Assembly: GCA_963695325.1 (NCBI GenBank) | Contig: OY968776.1 | Span: 3,132,257 to 3,196,256 of the forward strand | Direction: 5' to 3' | Origin: an uncultured Solirubrobacterales bacterium | Lineage (GTDB): Bacteria; Actinomycetota; Thermoleophilia; Solirubrobacterales; Solirubrobacteraceae | Length of the DNA stretch: 64,000 nucleotides | In this document: positions 16,731 through 25,455 of the stretch, in pieces | Layout of the letters: each line of letters begins with the position of its first letter | Numbering within the stretch: the first letter of the stretch is position 1 | Notes under the pieces: model-generated | Database searches by the model: none | What the model saw: the letters and a program-made list of their open reading frames with translations, nothing else | What the model was told of the DNA's origin: nothing | Made by a program: the position numbers and the translations under genes

Positions 16731-18572
16731 ATGGCTAAAAGAAGAAAACGCTCCGCGCGACACAAGTCACGCTCTAACCACTCACGTCAATGGCGTTTCG
16801 AGCAGGCTGAGCGGCGCTTGCCGGATGATCACAACGCGCGCACCAAGCCAAAGCCGGAGTCCCAACAGGCACGCTGGTTCGGCCGCGTCATCTGGACTCT
16901 CGTCTCTCTCGGCGCGATTGGCGCAGCTATCGTACTCACGCTGTTGCTCACTGGCCATTGGGACGGCTCCGCGACATCACGCGTAGGAGCCAATCTCACA
17001 CAAATTGGTCCAGCTTCATTCACTCCTACTGCACAGGCAGATGGCGGTATGAGCCCTGTCTGCGGCTGCCTAGAGACCAAGGTAAACGAGTGGCGAGGCG
17101 TCACCTTCGCCGGCCGCGAAGTCACGCTGAGGCGATCAGGCAAGGCACCGATTACGGAGTGGCTGGCATCGGGGGCCAGTCTAAACCCGATTGAACTAGC
17201 AAATGGCGAGACGCGAATGACTGTCGAAACCTTCGGCCTCGACGGCGCACACTTCTCGCCCTCATGGCTGAATGGTGGCCTCGCCACCGTGAAACGCCAT
17301 GCGCGAAACGTCAGCGGCGAGACTCGCTTTTATGCTCATACACTGAAGATCATTACCGAAGGGTCACTTCATGTTGACATGACGGGCCCGGTTCCCGTCG
17401 GCGACTGGATTCCCCTGCCAGAAAGTGCGGTCACGCTAAAGACGATTGAAGGACCGTTTCCTGAGGAAGCACCCCCGATCCAGTTGCAGGAACGTTATCC
17501 GCATTTGATCGGACTGCAGACGAATAACAAGACAATTTCCTCGCAGGGTTATCCGCTTGGAGACTTCCTCGGCCCCGAGATCATCTTGTGGTCCAATACG
17601 GAGCTCCCGTTTGATACAGAGATATTCGACCACCCAGGCAAGCGTAAGGCGAGTCGAAAGCTCGTGGAAGCAATGAGACCGGCCGCCCTCATGCGTATAA
17701 AGGATCGCGTCTTCGTTGCAATCATCCGCGCCTCCGGATTCAGCACGCGCCTGGCTGCTATTCCGCTAGAGCCATACGAGCTAGACGGCCTCATGAAAAA
17801 CCTAGCCACCGCCAGTACAAGACAGCAGCAAATTGACGGCTTCCATTGGGGAGGAGGCGACGATGGGCACGTCACCTTGACGGTAAGCCATCCGCTAACG
17901 CCGGAAAGCTACGCCACGGTTCGGCGCCAAGTCGAAGAAACCCCGGAAAAGCAGGTTCGTTATTGGCACGATATGGAGCTGATCCCACCAGCCCATCAAC
18001 CCAACGGGCTGAAAGCGAACTATTTCGAGTATGACGCGCGAGGGCCCGATGCACCGGAGTCAGGCACGGACTCACACGGCCAACTTTTTCGTCTGACGCC
18101 CTCGCCCGAGGCGGGACCCGACACCAGCTATGACCACGGATATGTCCGTGGCCGGGACCGATACCCGCCGCTACCTCCCAATGCGGGGTTCAATGTGTTT
18201 GGTCCAATGAGGGCTCTGCGAATCGACGACGCTCTCGGCACGCTCACCGTCGGTGGAGCGCATGTCGCCATCGACCCGGCTCAAGCCATCAGCCTTTCTG
18301 ATCTAAGGGATTTCCAAACTCCTGACCGGCAGTCCGTCGTCTCGGTGCCCATGAAAACAGGCCCCGGGACGGCGCAGCTCGAGTTCTCTGCGGTCGGGGC
18401 TGTCAAGGTCGACGGCCGGACGTACGCGGCGACACGCTTGAGCGTAGAGGCTCGTGACGTAGTGCTGCAGGTGCTGGGGGTGCTTGCTGCCGTGATCACG
18501 GTCGCGGGTGCTGCCTTTGCTCTGTTTCGCAGTCTTTCACGACGCTCTCGCCGCGATGTCGCTAAGCGTTAG
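16731..18572 (+). CDS. Hypothetical 613-aa protein with basic N-tail, N- and C-terminal TM helices
   Basis: MAKRRKRSARHKSRSNH... is followed by VIWTLVSLGAIGAAIVLTLLL. At the C-terminus, VLQVLGVLAAVITVAGAAFALF is followed by RSLSRRSRRDVAKR. The region is visibly A/T-richer. I recognise no motif. Confidence 0.7.
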   Translation: MAKRRKRSARHKSRSNHSRQWRFEQAERRLPDDHNARTKPKPESQQARWFGRVIWTLVSLGAIGAAIVLTLLLTGHWDGSATSRVGANLTQIGPASFTPTAQADGGMSPVCGCLETKVNEWRGVTFAGREVTLRRSGKAPITEWLASGASLNPIELANGETRMTVETFGLDGAHFSPSWLNGGLATVKRHARNVSGETRFYAHTLKIITEGSLHVDMTGPVPVGDWIPLPESAVTLKTIEGPFPEEAPPIQLQERYPHLIGLQTNNKTISSQGYPLGDFLGPEIILWSNTELPFDTEIFDHPGKRKASRKLVEAMRPAALMRIKDRVFVAIIRASGFSTRLAAIPLEPYELDGLMKNLATASTRQQQIDGFHWGGGDDGHVTLTVSHPLTPESYATVRRQVEETPEKQVRYWHDMELIPPAHQPNGLKANYFEYDARGPDAPESGTDSHGQLFRLTPSPEAGPDTSYDHGYVRGRDRYPPLPPNAGFNVFGPMRALRIDDALGTLTVGGAHVAIDPAQAISLSDLRDFQTPDRQSVVSVPMKTGPGTAQLEFSAVGAVKVDGRTYAATRLSVEARDVVLQVLGVLAAVITVAGAAFALFRSLSRRSRRDVAKR

Positions 18573-18752
18573 CCTGGGGATCGCAACGATGCCGAAACGA
18601 CCTTTAGTAGGTTGTTTAGCGATTTGCTAACCGTTGTCGAGCGCGGCGTGGTATCCCAAGGTTCTAATACCTGCAACGACCTCGTCGGTCGCTGTCGCTG
18701 TTGACCCCCGCGCCCGGATTGCGTGTCACTGAAGATAACCGATCTGCGAAGC

Positions 18753-19703
18753 TCAGTATAGATGTGCAAATAGCCAGACAAACGCAGCGATGAGCCCTGC
18801 TGCCGTAATGTTGCTCAGGATTTGGATGCCAATTCCTTGTCGCTTGCTCCAACCCCACCAGTGCTGCGCAGTCGATGCGATACGGCTTCGGGAAACTTGC
18901 CACAGTGCGAGGAAGATGAGAAGAAGGATTCCCACAATTGCGATGATCCAATCCGAAAGTGTGCTAGCTGCGGGTGTTGGAATGACGCGAAGGCGAAGGT
19001 TCACCACCGCCGCTCGGCTAAAGCCAGCTGCGAAGACGCCCGGGATGTCTCTATTGCTGATCAGCGCACCGCCTGCGACAATCGCATCATCAACCGAGTG
19101 CGGGTGCCGGTCGTTACGGTAGTAGAGGGTTGCTGAGCCAGGCAGGTATTCGACGCGGAATTGGCGTGTGCCGATTAGATCGGCGGTGTCTTCGACGGTT
19201 TGCGGGGTGGCATTTGATGCGCTGACGCGTGCGACTGCTCGTAGATCCTTACCTGCGACATTCGGCAGCGCGACTTGGAGTCGGGTTTCTTGAGCCGTCG
19301 TCTTATAGCCTGCATAAGCGTTGGCGTCATTATCGATGAATACTCGCAACTCGACTTCACGCGATCCTTCGGTGACTCCGTTAAGGGGGTCATGGGTAGA
19401 ACCGGCCTGCGTGTGATCGGTCCGATAGGCGTCAAAAAAGCCTCGCTCGTCGCCGTAGTGCGGCACGTTGATAAACGAGTTGAACACTGGGCCATCTGTT
19501 GGTCCGCACCGACCATGATCGACTGCCGGATTGGACAGGTCGGCGCAGTCGTCATCGTGAGGCACATACTTTTCGTAGTCGTAGATAGGGCGACCCGGAT
19601 AAAAGCCTGCTGCCGCAAGGTCACAGGCGCACGTCATCAGCGCGGTGAACGCGATCGCCGCCAGCATGGCGGGGCACCTTGCGTATCTGCTGAATGCCAT
19701 CAT
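18753..19703 (-). CDS. Secreted/membrane-anchored protein, paralogue 1 of a tandem pair (unknown family)
   Basis: Trimmed to ATG 19703. It has a signal peptide and the block FYPGRPIYDYEKYVPHDDDCADLSNPAVDHGRCGPTDGPVFNSFINVPHYGDERGFFD. It also has the FIDNDAN motif and two C-terminal TM helices. It aligns along its whole length with the next gene. Confidence 0.7.
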   Translation of the reverse strand: MMAFSRYARCPAMLAAIAFTALMTCACDLAAAGFYPGRPIYDYEKYVPHDDDCADLSNPAVDHGRCGPTDGPVFNSFINVPHYGDERGFFDAYRTDHTQAGSTHDPLNGVTEGSREVELRVFIDNDANAYAGYKTTAQETRLQVALPNVAGKDLRAVARVSASNATPQTVEDTADLIGTRQFRVEYLPGSATLYYRNDRHPHSVDDAIVAGGALISNRDIPGVFAAGFSRAAVVNLRLRVIPTPAASTLSDWIIAIVGILLLIFLALWQVSRSRIASTAQHWWGWSKRQGIGIQILSNITAAGLIAAFVWLFAHLY

Positions 19704-19735
19704 GAGGTGTCTGGTTGTCTGAGCTTCCTTAGCGC

Positions 19736-20686
19736 CTAGAGCAAGTGGGCTATGAGCCATCCCAATGCCACGAGTATTCCACCGGCGAGCACGTTGGCGA
19801 TTACGGCCTCGTGAATCTCACGGTTGCGATTCCATGTCCAGACGGCTGCGGCGAGATGGCGGCCGCGATTTCTGGATGGTGACCAAAGCACGAGGACAGA
19901 AAGCACAACGGCGATGCCAATAAGCGCGATCCACCACTTGCTCTTGCTAGCTGGTATTGCTTGCACGCGTAGCTCGACCAGGATGGACTTGCCGAATCCA
20001 GGGGCGAACTCGCCGGGGATTCCGGTGTTGGTGATCGAGGCGCCTGTGGTTACGATCTGGTCGCTTACAGGTGTTCTCGTGTTGTTGTGGAGAATGACTG
20101 CCGATCCTGGGACGTATCTGATGCGGAACGGCCGAGAGTCCGCGAGATCCATGGTGTCTTCGACCCCGCCTGGCGGATTCGCGTCCGGGGCTGACAGGAG
20201 GGCGCGGAGACGCAGCACTGTCGCGGTTCCCGTTGGCAAGCTCACTCGGAGTGTTGTGCCGTGCGCTATCTCCTTATAGCCGTAGTACTCATTGGCATCG
20301 TTGTCAACGTATGCCCGTAGGACGACTTCTTGCCGACCTGTCGTTGGGTAGAGAACCTCGTCTGTATTCGCAGTTATGGACTGGTTCGTGCGGCGACCAT
20401 CGAAGAAAGCACGCTCATCGCCGTACGATGGTGTGTTGATGAACGAGTTGAACACGGGGCCATCGGTCGGCCCGCAGCGACCGTGATCAAACCCCGGATT
20501 TGATGGGTCGCCGCAGTCGGGGTTCTGCGGATCGTACTTCTCGTAGTCGTAGGTCGTGCGCGCCGGGTAGAACTCGGCGTGGGCTGGTCCAGCCGAAAAT
20601 GCAGCCCCCGAGGTGGCGAGGAAAACGAGAAGGGCGAGCTGTTGGTAGACAAGAGGACGCCGCCTTTGATCGCTCCGCCTGTCCAT
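19736..20686 (-). CDS. Secreted/membrane-anchored protein, paralogue 2 of the tandem pair
   Basis: FYPARTTYDYEKYDPQNPDCGDPSNPGFDHGRCGPTDGPVFNSFINTPSYGDERAFFD, the YVDNDAN motif and two C-terminal TM helices are present. Confidence 0.7.
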   Translation of the reverse strand: MDRRSDQRRRPLVYQQLALLVFLATSGAAFSAGPAHAEFYPARTTYDYEKYDPQNPDCGDPSNPGFDHGRCGPTDGPVFNSFINTPSYGDERAFFDGRRTNQSITANTDEVLYPTTGRQEVVLRAYVDNDANEYYGYKEIAHGTTLRVSLPTGTATVLRLRALLSAPDANPPGGVEDTMDLADSRPFRIRYVPGSAVILHNNTRTPVSDQIVTTGASITNTGIPGEFAPGFGKSILVELRVQAIPASKSKWWIALIGIAVVLSVLVLWSPSRNRGRHLAAAVWTWNRNREIHEAVIANVLAGGILVALGWLIAHLL

Positions 20687-21115
20687 CGAGTTCCGGCATG
20701 ATAGATGATCGCGGTGCCCGTTTGTTCGCGTTCAGACTGGGCCACAGGCCACGTAGGTCACGCCGTTAAAGGTCCGTAGGAGCCGCAATTTCCCCATATG
20801 GGGCTCATGTCTGTACTTATGTATGCTCTCGGCAGGATCGAAGCTCATCTGCGCTTTCTGATCACGCCGACACGCTGGACGCCTGGCCGGTCATCCCCGT
20901 ATATACAGCGCACACCAGCGGCGAGCTGGCGGCGCCGCCGGGCCAAGAGGCTGTCTACGGGGATACATCGACCTGCCACCGCAGGAGCGGGCCACCAAGG
21001 ACTAGCTGAGAAGATGATGCGCTCTGGGGCGCGCAGCGTCGAGACGTGGAGACGCATTCGTCGCACGGTGCGGTGTTGTTGGCGCGGATGAAGGGTAGGC
21101 CTTTACCGTGGGAGC

Positions 21116-22267
21116 GTGACTGATCTGGCGAGCGCGATCGAGGGCCTGGGCGACTACGACGCCATCGACCGATTTGTGACGTTCGCCGAGCAGCTTGACG
21201 TTGCCGCCGATCTCGTACAAGCAGACACTCTGCCGAAGGCTCGTATGGCGCTCGTCGCTGTGGACAATCTCGCCGACCTGTTGCTGCATCGACACGCCGA
21301 GCGCGTTTTCGCTGCAAGCGAACGCTCCTGGTGGCATGAGCACCGGCGGTTCACGCGCGTAGAGCGAGAACGCATCCTCGGCGACTTCCGCAGCTTGCTC
21401 AAGATCGCCGGCCAAAACTGGGACATGGCGTGGGAGCAGATAGATGCAGTCGTGGCTGCTGAGGACTCGCCGATACTGCGTATTGGACGCAGCTATCGGA
21501 ACGCCGTCTACCACGAAGATCGCCACAACGCCGCGTTGATTCAGCCGCTCACGATTCTGTATATGCAGGCCGTCGGCCGCGCGTTCGCCCACTACTACCG
21601 GCCGGGAACCGCTTGGAGCACTACGACGGATCGAGTGGCTTCTCTCGGTGCGTTCGGCTACTCGCTCCCCGAGCGAGAACTTGGCGGGCGAATGTTCGAG
21701 TTTCGGGAAGCGGCCGAGACGGTAACGACCGCGATTACGGGAAAGTTCGACGTTGCGCTCGCACCCTTGCGGACCTGGCTCGCGGAGGACTTGATGACGA
21801 GAACCGTGAGATTGGCCGATATCGTGGTCGGACTCCTTGAGGACGGAATGCCCGACGAGCGATTCGAGTTTGCGTTCAACTGGGCGCTGTTCTGGCCTGC
21901 CTGTGGCGCGGACCCAAAGGCGATGCAGCTGCAAGCACGCAGAGAAGAACTGTCGCCCGCTCTTGGCCGGAGCGACGAGAACGCCGCCGGCGAACAAGAA
22001 CTTCACGAGCAGGTAAATCAGGAATACATCGCGCGCTGGCACGAGCTTAAACGACAGTTCACACCGCCCGTGCGTTCGCACGACATCCCGCGTATCGGAA
22101 AGCGTGCGGAAAAACTAAGCTCGGCAAAGTCGATCCCATCGCTCCTGCAGCGTTACGAGGCCCTTGACCGTGACGTGAACTATTTGGAGGACGGCATATC
22201 CGGTGCGATCAGTTCGTGGAACGCGCTGGTTTCCAACGCCGAAGATGAGGCACGCGAACGAGACTGA
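21116..22267 (+). CDS. Hypothetical 383-aa helical protein with a second HEPN-type Rx4H motif
   Basis: GTG 21116 is preceded by GGGAGC. RIGRSYRNAVYHEDRHN has R at 21497-21499 and H at 21512-21514. I preferred this ORF over the antisense ORF 21002-22081, which is Arg/Pro-rich. Confidence 0.5.
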   Translation: MTDLASAIEGLGDYDAIDRFVTFAEQLDVAADLVQADTLPKARMALVAVDNLADLLLHRHAERVFAASERSWWHEHRRFTRVERERILGDFRSLLKIAGQNWDMAWEQIDAVVAAEDSPILRIGRSYRNAVYHEDRHNAALIQPLTILYMQAVGRAFAHYYRPGTAWSTTTDRVASLGAFGYSLPERELGGRMFEFREAAETVTTAITGKFDVALAPLRTWLAEDLMTRTVRLADIVVGLLEDGMPDERFEFAFNWALFWPACGADPKAMQLQARREELSPALGRSDENAAGEQELHEQVNQEYIARWHELKRQFTPPVRSHDIPRIGKRAEKLSSAKSIPSLLQRYEALDRDVNYLEDGISGAISSWNALVSNAEDEARERD

Positions 22268-22272
22268 GCGAC

Positions 22273-22905
22273 TTAGGCTGCTTGCGGGTCATCGCCTCGG
22301 TAGGTGCCAAACAAGGCCAGGAGTTCGTTGCGCGGGCGCACCGGCAGGGCAACAGTTGAATGGAACGGCAGGTCGCTGTGGCCGTGTGCGCAGAACAGAG
22401 CCAAACCCAAACGCCGACAGGGGTCTTGTCCAAGCCGATAGCGAATGCCGGAATAGCCTGTCGCCTGTGCGGCGAGCGCCCAGCGTCGGCCTTCGGCTCG
22501 ACTCAACAACGCTATGTCAGCGGGTCCGCCGCTCTCGGCAACGTCGGGCGAAGCAAAGTCGGCGAGACGCTTGCCAAACCACGGATTCAGCGGCATGGCC
22601 GACAACGCGCGCTGATTGGCGCTGATCTGTGCTTCGGGGGCAGAAACGTCCGGCGTGCGAAGGTGCTCGGCCATTCCCGAAAGCGGCTCCACGGTCACGT
22701 AGCACGTACCCAGCGCTAGCGGCAGATCGAATCGCCCTACGTTCGGCTCCGGACGTTCCCCGTCGTCAGATGCAAAGAACCAAGGAGTGCGCTCTTTCCA
22801 ATGGATACGCCACCAATGGCCCCACGACGGGTCCGGGATCGAACTAGGAAAGCCATCCGGCAATCGCTCCGGGATTGCGGCGCTATTCATCGGCTCCACA
22901 CCCAC
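22273..22905 (-). CDS. RES-domain-like protein (putative NAD+-targeting toxin fold); start may be ATG 22890
   Basis: GRFDLPLALGTCYVTVEPLSGMAEHL and GYSGIRYRLGQDPCRRLGLALF resemble RES blocks. The Ser of the R-E-S triad is not evident. Confidence 0.5.
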   Translation of the reverse strand: MGVEPMNSAAIPERLPDGFPSSIPDPSWGHWWRIHWKERTPWFFASDDGERPEPNVGRFDLPLALGTCYVTVEPLSGMAEHLRTPDVSAPEAQISANQRALSAMPLNPWFGKRLADFASPDVAESGGPADIALLSRAEGRRWALAAQATGYSGIRYRLGQDPCRRLGLALFCAHGHSDLPFHSTVALPVRPRNELLALFGTYRGDDPQAA

Positions 22906-23168
22906 AGGCTACGTTGCTAACGGGCTCCGCTAGCAGGCAAGCTCCCGCTCCGGGCGGAAGCAGAAGCGCTCGGCTCCTTTCGCTGAGTCGAACATCTCGC
23001 AGCCCGGAGGCGGAGGCTGGTCGACCAGAGATCTGGGCCGCTCATCGCCGCGGCTTTGCGTGGCGCCTCCGACGGGCCACACGTCCCCGCCGGCTCGCAG
23101 GGCCAGCGCGGCGAAGCGCGGAGCCCGAGGCCCTGGTCTCCGCCGCCCCGGCCGGTGCGGGTCCCGCG

Positions 23169-23609
23169 CTAGATGCCCAGAGCGGCTGCGATCTCCCCCA
23201 CGAATACGGTCGGCTGATAGCCGTCCTTCCAGCGCGACGCGATCATCACCAGGAACTCGTCGATCTGGTCCTGGCTCGGCTGGCCGCCGAGCCGGTGTTC
23301 GAGGATGGCCGTCGCAAGCTGCGTCTTGCCGGCGATGGTCTCCCACTCGATTGCCTCGCCGTCGGCGGACAGGAGGCCTTCGTGAGTTTCGTCGGCCTCG
23401 TCAGCGTACGCCAGCACGTTCCCGTACGGGCCGTAGGGCTCGTGGTCATATGAATCGACGAAGTAGTACGGCTCGCCAGAGGCTGGCTTGTAGTCGTCTG
23501 TCGGCGAGGCGGCTTGAATCTCCTGGATAGCCCGGAGCGCCTTGGTGTACTTCTCGCCCGTCTTCGCGACGCGGTCGCGAACCTCTTGTCTGGATGCGCG
23601 GTGCCTCAT
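23169..23609 (-). CDS. Hypothetical 147-aa acidic protein
   Basis: The track ORF is trimmed to ATG 23609 (GGGAGC RBS). MRHRASRQEVRDRVAKTGEKYTKALRAIQEI...AGKTQLATAILEHRLGGQPSQDQIDEFL reads naturally. Confidence 0.5.
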   Translation of the reverse strand: MRHRASRQEVRDRVAKTGEKYTKALRAIQEIQAASPTDDYKPASGEPYYFVDSYDHEPYGPYGNVLAYADEADETHEGLLSADGEAIEWETIAGKTQLATAILEHRLGGQPSQDQIDEFLVMIASRWKDGYQPTVFVGEIAAALGI

Positions 23610-23883
23610 TTGGTGCTCCCGATTCCCGGCTTGGACCCCACGCCTCCGGCCGTTGTCGAGTAGCTGAAGGATGCTGCGCGTCCCTGCGGCGATGCCCTTG
23701 CCCTCGACGGCTGACGCGCGTGGGGCGCCTGACCTCGGGGGTGCGCCTGGAACGTGGCGCCTCAAGAGGGTAGCGCGGTTCGTCTGGCACGCAAAGTGCC
23801 CGACCGCCTCTCTGACGTCGTTGGAGAGATACGCTCGACAGCTGCGTTTTAATGGACCGCCTGATGGAATACGTCGCGTGCTG

Positions 23884-24600
23884 ATGATGATCGAAGTACA
23901 CCCGTGGCTGGGAATCGAATGGCCCGCGGTCGAGGCGATCGCCTCCGTGCTGCTCGTTGCTGGCGTTGGCGTGACGCTCTGGGGTGTTTGGGAAACCCGC
24001 AGAGCGGCCACCGCCGACCTGGAGCTAGCGCGGCGCCAGCTCCAGGCGTCCTATCGACCGCTGCTCATTGAGGTCTTGCGCAATGGCTTGATCACGCCCG
24101 ACATGGAAGCCATCGACAACCCAAATACGGCCCGGCGTCGCGTCCTCCCGTCCGTGGTCCCTCTCCATCTCCACGGCGAGGACTTGTTCGTTGACCCCCG
24201 GATCGTGTATGTCAACCCTGAAAAGGGCTACGTCAGCATTCCACTCCGTAATGTTGGCGCGGGTCTGGCGGTTGTGGACGCCGAGAGAATTGAAGTGCGG
24301 GGGCTCGACAGTCGCCTAGAAGACGTAACCGTAGACCGGCCAAGAGTCCCTCCCGGCGAGACGACCCGTGTGAATATCGCGCTCTTGCTGGTTGAGGGCG
24401 AGGAGGCCAAGGTGTTCTCCGTCACGATTCCCTACGGCGACCTGGCCGGCGAGCAGAACACAGACGTGACTGTTCATCTGCGCAGATCCGAAAACCGCTG
24501 GGAGATTGACCACCTGGAGCACAGTCCCACGCGATGGGGACACGGAAAGATCGTCCATGAGGGTCAGGTTGCACGTCTCTGGCGGCGATTCCGAAGATAA
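23884..24600 (+). CDS. Hypothetical N-terminally membrane-anchored protein
   Basis: Trimmed to ATG 23884. MMIEVHPWLGIEWPAVEAIASVLLVAGVGVTLWGVW is followed by a soluble domain. Confidence 0.5.
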   Translation: MMIEVHPWLGIEWPAVEAIASVLLVAGVGVTLWGVWETRRAATADLELARRQLQASYRPLLIEVLRNGLITPDMEAIDNPNTARRRVLPSVVPLHLHGEDLFVDPRIVYVNPEKGYVSIPLRNVGAGLAVVDAERIEVRGLDSRLEDVTVDRPRVPPGETTRVNIALLLVEGEEAKVFSVTIPYGDLAGEQNTDVTVHLRRSENRWEIDHLEHSPTRWGHGKIVHEGQVARLWRRFRR

Positions 24601-24933
24601 TCGATGGTCGAGTAGGGGCCGTCGCGCTCTCCGCTAAGACGCGAGCCTGAGCCGAACCGCGCCGTCTATCTTGGAGCCGGCCCTGACTGAGTCCGTTCCT
24701 GTGCCACCAAGACGCAAGCACTCCTGCTTTGTTGACCGAGGGGGTGCGCCGGCTCCGACCCGGATGGGTCCTGCTTCGGTGTTTCCGCGAGCATCGCGGC
24801 AGTCGACCTTCGGGCGCGTAGGGCGAGTGCAAACGCGGCGGGGGCTCATCTGGGGCCGGTGATCGGCACCATCGAGACTGTCGCCGATGCTGCCGCGCGC
24901 CGAAGCCGCTGTCGAACGACAGTGATTTCGTGT

Positions 24934-24939
24934 TAGGCT
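24934..24939 (+). promoter_or_regulatory. Candidate -10 hexamer TAGGCT placed 7 nt before ATG 24947 (leaderless-type arrangement)
   Basis: The hexamer fits the actinobacterial TANNNT -10 pattern at the spacing expected for a leaderless mRNA. This is the only evidence. Confidence 0.3.
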
Positions 24940-24946
24940 CGCGCGC

Positions 24947-25402
24947 ATGTTCAGGGGATGGCGGTGCATCTTGATCGCTTTCGCGTCGCTGATGATCGGC
25001 GTGGGCGCAGCGTCCGCAGTGACGACAGTCACGGTCAAGCGCTGCGGCTACGCGGCCAAAGGCTTCTACGGCAAGGACGCGATCTATCCGTGGCACATGT
25101 CATGCGCGCGGGCCCGGACAATTCTTGCCGGCGCCATCAACCCACACGCCAAGCACATCAACCTGACCGCGGACGGGGCCGCCACCGGCGACGCCGGGCC
25201 GGTACTCATTGACGGCCGCTGGTGGGTGTGCGGCGGTCGTATGGGGTTCTACTTCTGCGGCTATCCCTACCGCCCGGCCTACGTCTCAGGGATCGGCGGC
25301 GGAACCACTTGGAAGGGTCCTTTCACAGAAAAGTCCGACTACAACTCGTGCGCGGTCGGGGGCACCTGCGGTCCCCGAGATGTTGTCTATCTGCCGCACT
25401 GA
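24947..25402 (+). CDS. Small secreted Cys-motif protein (family with 50992-51606 and 54074-54541)
   Basis: It has the signal peptide MFRGWRCILIAFASLMIGVGAASA. The motifs are C-G, then MSCARARTIL, then WWVCGG. Confidence 0.6.
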   Translation: MFRGWRCILIAFASLMIGVGAASAVTTVTVKRCGYAAKGFYGKDAIYPWHMSCARARTILAGAINPHAKHINLTADGAATGDAGPVLIDGRWWVCGGRMGFYFCGYPYRPAYVSGIGGGTTWKGPFTEKSDYNSCAVGGTCGPRDVVYLPH

Positions 25403-25455
25403 GCGGCATTGCGCTGGCGACGGTCGCCGAACACAGGCCAGTCCACGAACCCGAA

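Noticed and set aside
21002-22081. 359-aa minus-strand ORF antisense to 21116-22267
   Set aside because: I considered it as the real gene. Its composition is Arg/Pro/His-biased, whereas the plus-strand product reads naturally and has an RBS-like GGGAGC before its GTG. The strand choice is less certain than for other genes.
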